Assembly (NCBI GenBank): GCA_044220955.1
Contig: JBGAQA010000039.1
Location: 1 to 56,298, forward strand
Length of the DNA stretch: 56,298 nucleotides
Source: Sandaracinaceae bacterium
GTDB taxonomy: Bacteria > Myxococcota_A > Polyangia > Polyangiales > Sandaracinaceae
Reading direction: 5' to 3'
This document shows, in pieces, positions 10,258 through 18,873 of this stretch (its first letter is position 1; each line of letters begins with the position of its first letter). The notes under the pieces were generated by a model. It saw only the letters and a list, made by a program, of their open reading frames with translations, was not told where the DNA came from and did no database searches. The position numbers and the translations under genes were made by a program.

Positions 10258-10271
10258 TTGACGCCGATCAA
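10258..10271. promoter_or_regulatory. FNR/FixK-type box TTGA-CGCCGA-TCAA upstream of the HzsA-like gene
   Basis: Close to the canonical TTGAT-N4-ATCAA; centred 51.5 bp before GTG 10213; overlaps the stop codon of the upstream gene. Confidence 0.7.
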
Positions 10272-11335
10272 GTGCGTGAACGCCGCGCGCGGGACCAGAG
10301 CACGGCCATCAGGAACGAGGCGAGCGCGAGCGCGTTGAGGGCGGCCCCCGCCCGCCGCAGGTCGGGCAGCCCCCCGAGATCTCCGCCAACGCGCGCGACC
10401 AGGCCGAGGTGCAGGACTGCGAGAGGCACGTAGAGCGCGCGGTGGTAGGGCACCTCGATGCGCGCCACCGCCGGCAGGATGATCGGCGCGTGGGCGAAGA
10501 CCATCGAGAGGACGAAACCGACCAGGACGGCGTGCAGGACGGCGTCGTACATGGGACCGGCGGGCTCGAGCCCATGGCGCACGAGGAGCGCGCCCGACAC
10601 GATCAACCAGAGCGTGCCGCCGAGCACGCCGAGCGCGGTGAACCGCGGCAGGCCGGGGCGCTGCAGCAGGCGGCGTGCGAGGTCGAAGCGCAGCTGCCAG
10701 AGCCCGAGCAGGGTCAGGCACGCGCCGAGAGCCGCGCTGGCGTGCGGGACCGCGACGCAAAGGGCCGCGCTCGCCGAGGCCAGAACCAGGGCCAGGGCCA
10801 CGAAGAGCCTCGAGGCCCAGCGGGGCGTGGGCGCGAGGCGCGAGAGCTCGAGGCGCTCGGCCAAGATGGTGAGCACGAAGAAAGCGAGCCAGGCGGGCAC
10901 CACGTCGGCGACAGGGCGGCCGAGCGCCCACGCCGTCGAGCCGCCCGCGAGCAGCAGCGAGCCGAGCAGCATGATCCAGGTGAACGCCAGCGACTGGCGC
11001 CGGACGATCGCGACGTTGGCGAGCACGAGCACCACGCTCCCCGCGACGCTCGACCACGCGGCACCAGCGACCTGCAGCATCGTGCCGACGCCGCCGAGCG
11101 CGCTCGCGAGGGGCGCCGCGAACGCCCAGCGCGTGCCCAGCGCGACCGCCCGCTCGAGCGCGATGACCGTGCCGAACACCCCCAGGACGAAGAGCGGCCC
11201 GTGATCCAGCGCGCGATCCGCGGCCGGCACCCGGAATCCGATGCGGCCCAGGCCGGCCAGGACCGACACGAGCGCCATGGCCGCGACCACGAGCAACGTG
11301 GCGCGCCGGACCCAGGGTGCGGCCGGCTCGCTCAA
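10268..11335 (-). CDS. Polytopic membrane protein with conserved His residues (NnrS-like or heme-copper-related, uncharacterised)
   Basis: About 11-12 hydrophobic segments; DHGPLFVLG, ERLEL, DAVLHAVLVGFVLSMVFAH; TTG start overlaps the DUF59 stop. Confidence 0.65.
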   Translation of the reverse strand: MSEPAAPWVRRATLLVVAAMALVSVLAGLGRIGFRVPAADRALDHGPLFVLGVFGTVIALERAVALGTRWAFAAPLASALGGVGTMLQVAGAAWSSVAGSVVLVLANVAIVRRQSLAFTWIMLLGSLLLAGGSTAWALGRPVADVVPAWLAFFVLTILAERLELSRLAPTPRWASRLFVALALVLASASAALCVAVPHASAALGACLTLLGLWQLRFDLARRLLQRPGLPRFTALGVLGGTLWLIVSGALLVRHGLEPAGPMYDAVLHAVLVGFVLSMVFAHAPIILPAVARIEVPYHRALYVPLAVLHLGLVARVGGDLGGLPDLRRAGAALNALALASFLMAVLWSRARRSRT

Positions 11336-11658
11336 CCGTCCCAGCCGAGCTCTTGGCGGGTCGAGGCGCTCATCCGGTCGGGGCTCCAGGGCGGATCCCA
11401 GACCAGGCGTACCGCGACGTCGTCGACGCCAGGCAGCGCCAGCACGCGCTCGCGGGCGTCGCTCGCGATCTGCTCGCCCAGGGGACAGGCGGGCGTCGTC
11501 ATCGTCAGGTCGATCTGGACGCTCCCACCGTGGATCTCCACGCCGTAGACCAGCCCCAGCGCGACCACGTCGATGCCGAGCTCCGGATCGAGCACGCCGC
11601 CGAGCGCCTCCATCACCCGCGCGTGCTGCACGCTCGTCGCGCTCTGGTCGTCACCCAC
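11332..11658 (-). CDS. DUF59 / SufT-PaaD-like metal-sulfur cluster assembly factor
   Basis: VLDPELGIDVVALGLVY, MTTPACP, VWDPPWSPDRMS. Confidence 0.9.
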   Translation of the reverse strand: MGDDQSATSVQHARVMEALGGVLDPELGIDVVALGLVYGVEIHGGSVQIDLTMTTPACPLGEQIASDARERVLALPGVDDVAVRLVWDPPWSPDRMSASTRQELGWDG

Positions 11659-11706
11659 ACCGGCCTGTCTAGGCCCGGCGGGCTCCCCAGCGTGTGCGAA
11701 TTCCCA

Positions 11707-11720
11707 CTGATCCCGATCAT
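11707..11720. promoter_or_regulatory. Degenerate FNR box CTGAT-CCCG-ATCAT in the DUF59 / Crp-Fnr divergent promoter
   Basis: 8 of 10 positions match TTGAT-N4-ATCAA. Confidence 0.5.
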
Positions 11721-11786
11721 GTCATTCGGGCTTCGGGCGCATATCTGCCACTCAACGTGGCTGCCAAGACGAGCAAGTCGAGCGCG

Positions 11787-12482
11787 ATGGAAACGAGCGG
11801 GGACCCGAAGGCCCGGTTTCCGGTGGCCTGCCTGGACTGCCCGGCGGCGCGGGTCGGCTGCTTCGACGTCGCGGTCGGGCTGGGAACTTCTCCCTGTAGG
11901 TTCGTGAAGGGAGCGTTGAGCGCTCGCGCGCCCGTCCCGACGTCGTGGGCGGACGGCTATGGTCTCTTGCTCGTCAGGCGCGGCGTCGTGGTGCGGACCC
12001 GCGCGCCGAAGAACGGCCCGTCGGTGGCGATCGACTGCGTCGGGCCCGGCGCCGTCCTGCCGCTCACCTCCGACGCGGTGGAGATCGGCTACGCCGCCAC
12101 CGAGGTGCTCGTGTGCCTCTACCCGCGCGGCGGCCTGGAGGAAACGCTCGCGCAGGAGCCGGCCACGGCGCGCGATCTCATCGTGGCCCTGACCGGCGCG
12201 CTCGAGCGTGTCGAGCTGCTCGCCGAGGCGCGCGGGCAGCGGAGCGCCGACACGCGGGTGGCCCGCGTCCTGTCCGTGCTCGCCGACAAGCTCGCGCCGC
12301 CGCAGCGGCGAGACAGGCTCCCCGCGGGCCTGCAGCAGCGCGACCTGGCCCGTCTGGCCGGCGTGCGCCACGAGTCGTTCTGCCGGGCGCTCGGCAAGCT
12401 CGAGCGAGCGGGCATCGTGCGTCGGCTCCCCGAGGGCCTGCACATCGAGCAGTACGACCAGCTCGCGACGTTCGACGGTTGA
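11787..12482 (+). CDS. Crp/Fnr family transcriptional regulator with an N-terminal Cys cluster
   Basis: CLDCPAARVGC near the N-terminus; C-terminal HTH QRDLARLAGVRHESFCRALGKLERAGIV. Confidence 0.85.
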   Translation: METSGDPKARFPVACLDCPAARVGCFDVAVGLGTSPCRFVKGALSARAPVPTSWADGYGLLLVRRGVVVRTRAPKNGPSVAIDCVGPGAVLPLTSDAVEIGYAATEVLVCLYPRGGLEETLAQEPATARDLIVALTGALERVELLAEARGQRSADTRVARVLSVLADKLAPPQRRDRLPAGLQQRDLARLAGVRHESFCRALGKLERAGIVRRLPEGLHIEQYDQLATFDG

Positions 12483-12539
12483 GCCCTCGGGCGCGCTGCG
12501 CCGACGCCACCGCGTAGCGGGCCGCGCCTCGGCCGGCGC

Positions 12540-12553
12540 TTGCCGCGGGTCAA
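12540..12553. promoter_or_regulatory. FNR/FixK-type box TTGC-CGCGGG-TCAA upstream of the acyltransferase
   Basis: Centred 40.5 bp before GTG 12587; CAGGAT lies 6 nt before the start. Confidence 0.7.
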
Positions 12554-12586
12554 CCAGGAGCGGGCGCTCGAACGCAGGATCCGACG

Positions 12587-13522
12587 GTGGCACCGCTCAC
12601 GCGCTACGACGTCGACGGCCTCGACCACCGCGACCCCGAGCGCATCGAACGCTTCGTTTCGTCGATCGAGCCGCTGCTCGAGGCGTGGTTTCGGCCGGTC
12701 GTCCGCGGCACGGAGCGGGTGCCGGAGGGACCCGCGCTCTACGTCGGGAACCACAACGGCGGCACGGTCAGCGCCGACTCGTTCATCTTCGGAGCCTCCG
12801 TCTACCGTGCGCACGGGATGAAGGCCGTGCCCTACGCGCTGGCGCACGACCTCGTCCTGCGGACGCCCGGGATGAACCAGCTCCTCATGCCGCTCGGCGC
12901 GGTGCGCGCGTGTCCTCGCAACGCGCACGCGCTCTTCGATCGCGGCCACAAGGTGATGGTCTACCCGGGCGGCGACATCGACTCGATGCGACCGTTCGCG
13001 ATGCGCGACCGGATCGTGTTCGGGCCACGACGCGGCTACGTCCGGCTCGCGCTGCGGGCGGGCGTGCCGATCGTCCCCGTCGTGGCCGCCGGTGCGCACG
13101 TGACCTCGATCGTCCTGACGGATGGGCGGCGGCTGGCGAAGCTGCTGGGGCTACCGCGTCGGTTCCGGATGGAGGTCTGTCCGGTGACGCTCAGCATTCC
13201 GTGGGGCCTGGTCGTCGGCATCACGCCGCTCCACATCCCCCTGCCGACGCGCATCTTCCTCGAGGTGATGGCGCCCATTCGCTTCGATCGCCAGGGTGCG
13301 GCGGCCGCCGAGGATCGCGACTACGTCGAGCAGTGCCACCGGCGAGTGCACGGCGCGATGGAAGCACGTCTGGCTCAGCTCGCCGCCGAGCGAGCGGGGA
13401 GGCTCTCCCCGCCGGCGCCCCCCGCGCCGACGAGGATGGACCTGGAAGCCGCGCGTGCTCAGGAGATGACGGGGAGCTGCACCGAGCGCTCCTTGCCCTT
13501 GGGCACCGCCTGGACCCACTGA
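12587..13522 (+). CDS. Lysophospholipid / DGAT2-type (PlsC superfamily) acyltransferase
   Basis: ALYVGNHNGG...D, VMVYPGG, GYVRLALRAGVPIVPV. Confidence 0.9.
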   Translation: MAPLTRYDVDGLDHRDPERIERFVSSIEPLLEAWFRPVVRGTERVPEGPALYVGNHNGGTVSADSFIFGASVYRAHGMKAVPYALAHDLVLRTPGMNQLLMPLGAVRACPRNAHALFDRGHKVMVYPGGDIDSMRPFAMRDRIVFGPRRGYVRLALRAGVPIVPVVAAGAHVTSIVLTDGRRLAKLLGLPRRFRMEVCPVTLSIPWGLVVGITPLHIPLPTRIFLEVMAPIRFDRQGAAAAEDRDYVEQCHRRVHGAMEARLAQLAAERAGRLSPPAPPAPTRMDLEAARAQEMTGSCTERSLPLGTAWTH

Positions 13523-14706
13523 CCGAAGCTGCGCTGCTCCTCGAGCCGGCACGACCACACGAGCTTGCCGTCGTGCACGGTCATGTCCGGGCAGCCGTCG
13601 CACATGTTGGCGCTCCCGTCCGGCAGCAGGTCGATCGGCTGGATCACCAGGACCGTCTGCAGGTACTGCTTGTCGAAGAGGCTCGTGGGCTTGCGGACGA
13701 TCGATCGCAGCCAGTTCCTGCGCGCGCGCCGCACGCCTCGGTCGAAGAGCGCGGTCGACATCACCGTCCGGCCCGTCCCGAGCGTCCAGTCCGGAGCGTA
13801 CGAGAGGTAGCGCCCCTTCATCATGTGATAGCCGGTCTGGGCCAGCTCCATGAACTTGGGGCCGAGGTAGCCGTGCACCTTCCCCGGGGAGCCGACGCGG
13901 AGCGCGGCGAGCCACTTGAAGGAGTCCGGCTTCTCGGTGCCGTTGAGGTACGCGCAGGGCTCGAAGTCCGGCTCGAGCTCGCGCATCTTGCCGACGATCT
14001 CGCGGGCGTCGATGTCGGTGCGCCGCTCCGGCTGTTCGGTCTCGGTGTAGACCAGCTTGCCCATGTCGACCTTCTTGCCGCCGGCGAAGTAGTCGTACTC
14101 GGCGAGCTTGGCCGCGCGGAACAGGATGAACACCACCGTGTGGACCTTGCCGATGTTCTTCGTCGCCCACGAGAGCACGTCGGGCACCTGATCGATCGTG
14201 TCCTCGTACACGGTGGAGTTGAAGGCGCAGGCGAGGCCGCCGACCGAGGCGACCAGGTCCGCGTACTCCTGGCGCAGCTCGTTGGTCTCCTTCTCGGTCT
14301 TGTTGCGCCAGCCGGGACGACCCTGGCGAGAGTCGACGTGGAAGGTGACGCCCATCAGGCCGGCTCGCTTGAGATCCTCGAGCAGCGCCCGCGTGATCGC
14401 CTTGCCGTTGGTGTTGACGATCGCCTTGCGTCCCATCGAGCGCACGTGGCGGATGATGTCCGGCAGGTCCGGATGGAGCAGCGGATCACCGCCGGCGATC
14501 GAGACGCCGTCGAAGTTGCGCAGCGAGGCGAACACGTCGAGGTCGGAGCGCACCTCCGGCATCGAGCGGTGGGACTTGACGTTCTCGCGGTAGCATCCGT
14601 CGCAGGACAGGTTGCATTGCTGCGTGGGCTCCAGCCACGCGATGGGGTTGTCGGACAAGCTCCACGGCAGTCGGTAGAGCGCACGATGATCGAGGTTGGC
14701 TCGCAT
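13459..14706 (-). CDS. Radical SAM protein with additional C-terminal Cys residues
   Basis: CNLSCDGC, IAGGDPLLHP, NTNG; C-terminal CDGCPD...SC. Confidence 0.9.
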   Translation of the reverse strand: MRANLDHRALYRLPWSLSDNPIAWLEPTQQCNLSCDGCYRENVKSHRSMPEVRSDLDVFASLRNFDGVSIAGGDPLLHPDLPDIIRHVRSMGRKAIVNTNGKAITRALLEDLKRAGLMGVTFHVDSRQGRPGWRNKTEKETNELRQEYADLVASVGGLACAFNSTVYEDTIDQVPDVLSWATKNIGKVHTVVFILFRAAKLAEYDYFAGGKKVDMGKLVYTETEQPERRTDIDAREIVGKMRELEPDFEPCAYLNGTEKPDSFKWLAALRVGSPGKVHGYLGPKFMELAQTGYHMMKGRYLSYAPDWTLGTGRTVMSTALFDRGVRRARRNWLRSIVRKPTSLFDKQYLQTVLVIQPIDLLPDGSANMCDGCPDMTVHDGKLVWSCRLEEQRSFGQWVQAVPKGKERSVQLPVIS

Positions 14707-14741
14707 GGCCCGGCTGATACACGGTCGGCGAGGGCGAGCTC

Positions 14742-14755
14742 TTGCGGCCGATCAA
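14742..14755. promoter_or_regulatory. FNR/FixK-type box TTGC-GGCCGA-TCAA upstream of the radical SAM gene
   Basis: Centred 42.5 bp before ATG 14706 (- strand); TATCAG lies 7 nt before the ATG. Confidence 0.7.
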
Positions 14756-14811
14756 CTCGCCCACGCGACGCGGGGCAAGCGCACGCGCCGACCGCGCTCG
14801 CGGGGTGCCTC

Positions 14812-16110
14812 TCAGAACTGGATGGTGCGCTCGCGCTGCGCGAGCTTCGCGAGCGTCTTGCGCGAGCGGTAGAAGCCGCGCCAGAGCTCGAGGTAGCCCT
14901 CGAGGAGCCGCTCCGGCGACATGTTCTTCGGCTGGAAGACCACGTTCGCGTCGTTGTAGCGCGACCAGTCCTGGTGCAGGAGCCGCCCCTCGGCCGAGAG
15001 CGACGCGAAGTCGGGGGTGCCCGGGTACGGAGTGCGGATCGCGAACTCGGCCTTCTTGAGCCGCACCGCGTCCGCGACCTCCAGGATGCGATCGAAGGTG
15101 CCCTCGTCGTCCTCCTCGTTGCCCACGAGGAAGGAGGTGTACGGCTCGACGCCCTCGTCCATGCAGCGCGTGAGCGCGTCGATCGCCCGCTGGCGGTTCT
15201 TGGGATCGCGGCCGGTGTAGGCGCCCCGCGTGATCGGGTCGAACCCACCGACGAGGTAGAACATGCTGATCCCGGCGCGGCGCAGGCGCGCGAAGAACGC
15301 TGGCGTCTGCGCGAGGACCAGCGGCATGCTGATCCCGACGTAGCTCACGCCGATCTTCTTGCCGCGCTCGGCGATCGCGTCGAGGAGCGTGCCGAAGGCC
15401 CGCTGGGCGCCCGACCCCGGGAAGAAGCTCGTGTCTTCGGTGAGGGAGGCCAGCTTGCCGTAGCGCTCGAGCTGCTCGATCTGCGCGAGGGCGTGCGCGA
15501 CGGGGAAGGTGCGCAGCGTGCGCCCCATGCTCACCGGCAGGATGCACGCCGAGCAGTGCAGCATGCAGCCGCGAGAGAGCTGGACCGGGTAGTCGTCGGG
15601 CCGGTAGACGTCGTTCTCCTTGGCCACGTAGAGGTCCACGCGCGGCAGGCGCAGCGTGCAGGGGTCGACGGCCTCGCTCGCCTGGTAGCGGGGCCGGAGC
15701 TCGCCGCGCGCGGCGTCCCGCAGGACCTCCGGCCACACTGCCTCGCCCTCGCCGACGACCACGGCGTCGCAGTGCGCGCCGGCCTCGTCGGGGCGTGCCG
15801 TCGGGAAGATGCCGCCCATGACCACCCGGGCGCCCGCAGCGCGGAACGCGTCGGCCAGCGCCATCGCGCGGGTGGCCGCGGGCGTGAAGCACGAGATCGC
15901 GACCAGGTCCGGCGGATCGTCGAGCCCGACGTCCTCGACGCGATCGTCGCGGAAGTCGATCGCCCAGTCGGCGGGCGTCACCGCGGCGAGGCACGCGATG
16001 CCGAGGGAGGGCGGCCCGAAGTACTCGTCGCAGGGCACGTCGTCGCGCAGCTCGGGGTGCACGTCGGCGTGACGCTGGAATCGGGCATAGACGAACCGCA
16101 AGCGCTTCAT
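14812..16110 (-). CDS. B12-binding domain radical SAM protein
   Basis: PPSLG, DLVAISCFT, VVMGGIFPT, VVVGEGE, SRGCMLHCSAC, TPYPGT; ATGA overlap with the ACAD stop. Confidence 0.9.
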   Translation of the reverse strand: MKRLRFVYARFQRHADVHPELRDDVPCDEYFGPPSLGIACLAAVTPADWAIDFRDDRVEDVGLDDPPDLVAISCFTPAATRAMALADAFRAAGARVVMGGIFPTARPDEAGAHCDAVVVGEGEAVWPEVLRDAARGELRPRYQASEAVDPCTLRLPRVDLYVAKENDVYRPDDYPVQLSRGCMLHCSACILPVSMGRTLRTFPVAHALAQIEQLERYGKLASLTEDTSFFPGSGAQRAFGTLLDAIAERGKKIGVSYVGISMPLVLAQTPAFFARLRRAGISMFYLVGGFDPITRGAYTGRDPKNRQRAIDALTRCMDEGVEPYTSFLVGNEEDDEGTFDRILEVADAVRLKKAEFAIRTPYPGTPDFASLSAEGRLLHQDWSRYNDANVVFQPKNMSPERLLEGYLELWRGFYRSRKTLAKLAQRERTIQF

Positions 16111-17600
16111 GCGAACACCTCTTCGATCGAGCCGGCCGACGTGAGCAGGGCGACGACGTCGCCGTCCCGGACTTCGGAGACGCCGGTCTCTCTCGCGAGC
16201 GAGAGGGCGCGGGCGGCGCGCGTCAAGGCCCTGTCGGCCGCGTGCTCGAGCAGCGGAACGCGCTGCGGGACCGCCGTCGCCCTCGCGGCCAGGCACGCGC
16301 CGGCGGCGTGCAGCGCGACGTCGGCGCTCGCCAGCTCGAGAAGGAGCGGCTGGTGCTGGATCGCCGAGACGCCGAGGTCGCGACGCACGTCGGCGACGAG
16401 CGCGCCGAGCTGCGCGACGAGCTCCGCGCGTCGCTGCTCGAGGGCGCCCCCTGCGGCGCCGTCGTGCGGGAGCCCCCGACCGGCGGTCAGGGCGCTGCCG
16501 AGACGGACGAGGAGCACGTCGTTCGCGCCCTCGAAGATGCGCGTCACGCGGCAGTCGCGGGCCAGGAGCGCGACGCCGGCATCCTCGAGGAACCCGAGCG
16601 CCCCGTGCACCTGGATGGTGCGGTCGCACGCGTCGTACGCGAGCTCGCTCGCCAGCACCTTGAGCGCAGCGGAGCGCATCGCGATCGACTCGCCTCGCGC
16701 CTCGGCGCTCGCCGTCGCGTCGAGGAGCGCCTCGATGGTCGTCACCGCCGCCGCGATCGACGCCACGTGCGCGCGGACCGCGCCGTGCTCGATGAGCGCC
16801 CGGCCCGACTGCCGGCGGTCACGCGCGTGGGCGAGGGTGTGAGAGAGCGCGGCGCGCGCCGTCCCGAGGCACCCTGCCGCCAGCAACGTCCGACCCCACT
16901 CGAGCGCGCGGTGGGCGTTCTCCGTGCCGTGGCCGCCCCCGTCGAGGCGCTGCGCGTGCGTGAGCGGAACGCCGTCGAGGTGCAGCGAGCAGGTCGAGCT
17001 CGCGCGCAGCCCCATCTTCTTCTCTTCGGCCCCGAGGGCGAGACCGGGGCTGGCTCGGGGCACGAGCAAGAGGGTGGTGACCCTGGCGCCCTCGTCGGGT
17101 GAGCGAGCCAAGACGGTGTACACGCCGGCGAGCGCCGCGTTCGTCACGTACGACTTCTCGCCGTCGAGACGCACGCTCTCCCCCTTCACGCGCGCCGTCG
17201 TGCGGATCGCGGTCAGATCGGATCCGGCGCCCGGCTCGGTCGCGGCGAAGGCGGCGATCTGCTCGCCCTTCGCGAGCCGCGGCAGCCACTCCGCCCGCAG
17301 CGCGTCGCTCCCGTGCTCGATCAGAGCGCGTGTCCCGAGACCGTTGTGCAGGCCGACGGTGGTGGCCAGCGAGCGATCCGCGCGTGCGAGCTCGGCGACG
17401 AGCGTCGCCGTCCCGCCGAGCCCGAGCCCGAGCCCGCCCCATCGCTCGGGCGTGGCGAGGCCGAAGAGGCCGAGCGCGCGCGCACCCTCGAGGAGCTCGG
17501 GGGGGAGGGCCGCTCGGCGGTCGTTCAGCGTGGCGTCGACCTCGCGCCGACAGAACCGCCGCACTTCGTCGACGAGGGGGGCGATGCTTGGATCCGTCAC
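16107..17600 (-). CDS. Acyl-CoA/ACP dehydrogenase with a C-terminal extension
   Basis: AFAATEPGAGSD, LDGEKSYVTNA, KMGLRAS, IQVHGALGF, RIFEGANDV; GTGA overlap with the ACP stop. Confidence 0.9.
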   Translation of the reverse strand: MTDPSIAPLVDEVRRFCRREVDATLNDRRAALPPELLEGARALGLFGLATPERWGGLGLGLGGTATLVAELARADRSLATTVGLHNGLGTRALIEHGSDALRAEWLPRLAKGEQIAAFAATEPGAGSDLTAIRTTARVKGESVRLDGEKSYVTNAALAGVYTVLARSPDEGARVTTLLLVPRASPGLALGAEEKKMGLRASSTCSLHLDGVPLTHAQRLDGGGHGTENAHRALEWGRTLLAAGCLGTARAALSHTLAHARDRRQSGRALIEHGAVRAHVASIAAAVTTIEALLDATASAEARGESIAMRSAALKVLASELAYDACDRTIQVHGALGFLEDAGVALLARDCRVTRIFEGANDVLLVRLGSALTAGRGLPHDGAAGGALEQRRAELVAQLGALVADVRRDLGVSAIQHQPLLLELASADVALHAAGACLAARATAVPQRVPLLEHAADRALTRAARALSLARETGVSEVRDGDVVALLTSAGSIEEVFA

Positions 17601-17863
17601 GGGCGCGCACGAGGGGCGGACGGCCGCGCCCGCGCGACGAACGCGCACGCGTCGTCGACCGTGCGCAGCTCCATCGCCTCTTCCATCGGGAGGTCGACGT
17701 GGAACTCCTCGGAGAGGACCGAGAGCATCTCGAGGCTCTGGAGCGAGTCCAGCCCGAGATCCTCGCGCAGGCGGTCCTGCGGTCGGACGCGGGACGGCTG
17801 CGTCTCCAGGATGTCGGCGAGGATCTCGATCGTTCGGTGCCGGAGGTCTCGTTCTTCGCTCAT
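17597..17863 (-). CDS. Acyl carrier protein
   Basis: Acidic 88-aa protein with the phosphopantetheine site DLGLDSL and LRTVDD; ATGA overlap with the SDR stop. Confidence 0.92.
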   Translation of the reverse strand: MSEERDLRHRTIEILADILETQPSRVRPQDRLREDLGLDSLQSLEMLSVLSEEFHVDLPMEEAMELRTVDDACAFVARARPSAPRARP

Positions 17864-18873
17864 GCTGCTCCTTCGATCCCGCGCACGGCGGGCAGATAGC
17901 GGTGACGGGCGAACCACGCCCAGGCGCGATCGAGGGTCTCGTCGATCGGCCTGAACCGTGCGCCGAGGTCCGTGGCCGCCCGCTCCGAAGACACGGGCTG
18001 CCCGCTCGCGATGAGGTCGACCAGCTCGCGCGGGAAGGGCACGCGTGCGCGACGGGGCTCGGCCTGCCGTTCCTCGAGGTCGGCCCGCACGCGCGCCTCC
18101 TCGATCTCGAGCGGCGTCTCGGGGACGTGGCCGCCGTAGCGCGCGGCGACCTTCTGAAGCAGGGCGCCGACGCGCACGTCGTGGCCAGCGACGCAGTAGC
18201 GCCCGCCGCGCGATCCGCGCAGCGCTGCCTCGACGTGGGCCTCGGCGACGTCGCCGACGTCGACCACGTTCACCGTCCCGTCGACCCACCACGGTAGCGT
18301 GTGCAAGACGACGCCGAGCAGGAGACCGCTCGTGCCGACCCGCACGTCGAGCGGTCCGAGGCACGCGCCCGGCAGGATCGTGACCGCGTCGAGCCCGCGC
18401 GCGACGGCGCGCTCGAGCTCGCGCTCCATCGCCCACTTCGTCGCGCGGTACGTGCTCTCTTCGGGGCACTCCGCGGGCACGTCTTGCTCGTTCGCGCTCC
18501 GGCCGGCCGGCGCAGCGCCCAGCGAGCCGACGCTCGACGTGTAGACCAGGCGGGGGACCCCGGCGCCGAGCGCGGCGTCGCAGACGCTGGCGATCTGGGC
18601 GACGCCTTTCGCGATCGAGCCCGCCCGGTCCACCGAGTAGCGCGGGTAGTGCGCACCCGCGACGAACACGACGTCACAGTCGCGCATCGCGAGAGTGAGC
18701 GCCGCGTGGTCCTCGAGCGCGCCGGGCACCAGCTCGACGGGACGCCGCCGCAGGTACGCCGTGATGCTCCTCGGACGACGCGTCGCGCGGACCGCGACGC
18801 CTCGCGCTAGCAGCGCGTCGACCAGGTTCAGGCCGAGGAATCCGCTTCCCCCGATCACCAGAGCACGCCTCAT
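17860..18873 (-). CDS. NAD(P)-dependent epimerase/dehydratase (extended SDR, HpnA/DFR-like reductase)
   Basis: LVIGGSGFLG, LVYTSS, YRATK, VDVGDVA; ATGA overlap with the FAAL stop. Confidence 0.9.
   Translation of the reverse strand: MRRALVIGGSGFLGLNLVDALLARGVAVRATRRPRSITAYLRRRPVELVPGALEDHAALTLAMRDCDVVFVAGAHYPRYSVDRAGSIAKGVAQIASVCDAALGAGVPRLVYTSSVGSLGAAPAGRSANEQDVPAECPEESTYRATKWAMERELERAVARGLDAVTILPGACLGPLDVRVGTSGLLLGVVLHTLPWWVDGTVNVVDVGDVAEAHVEAALRGSRGGRYCVAGHDVRVGALLQKVAARYGGHVPETPLEIEEARVRADLEERQAEPRRARVPFPRELVDLIASGQPVSSERAATDLGARFRPIDETLDRAWAWFARHRYLPAVRGIEGAA

Noticed and set aside
13459..14706. Identification as Tes/Mss membrane-spanning lipid synthase
   Set aside because: It lacks the N-terminal Cys-rich metal-binding extension of Tes/Mss; the CxxxCxxC motif starts about 30 aa from the N-terminus. 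An HMM or tree would be needed.
12208..16842. 1544-aa ORF on the + strand (likewise 20613-23828, 45109-47037 and 53311-55227)
   Set aside because: Antisense or off-frame shadows of motif-bearing genes, with no recognisable domains.
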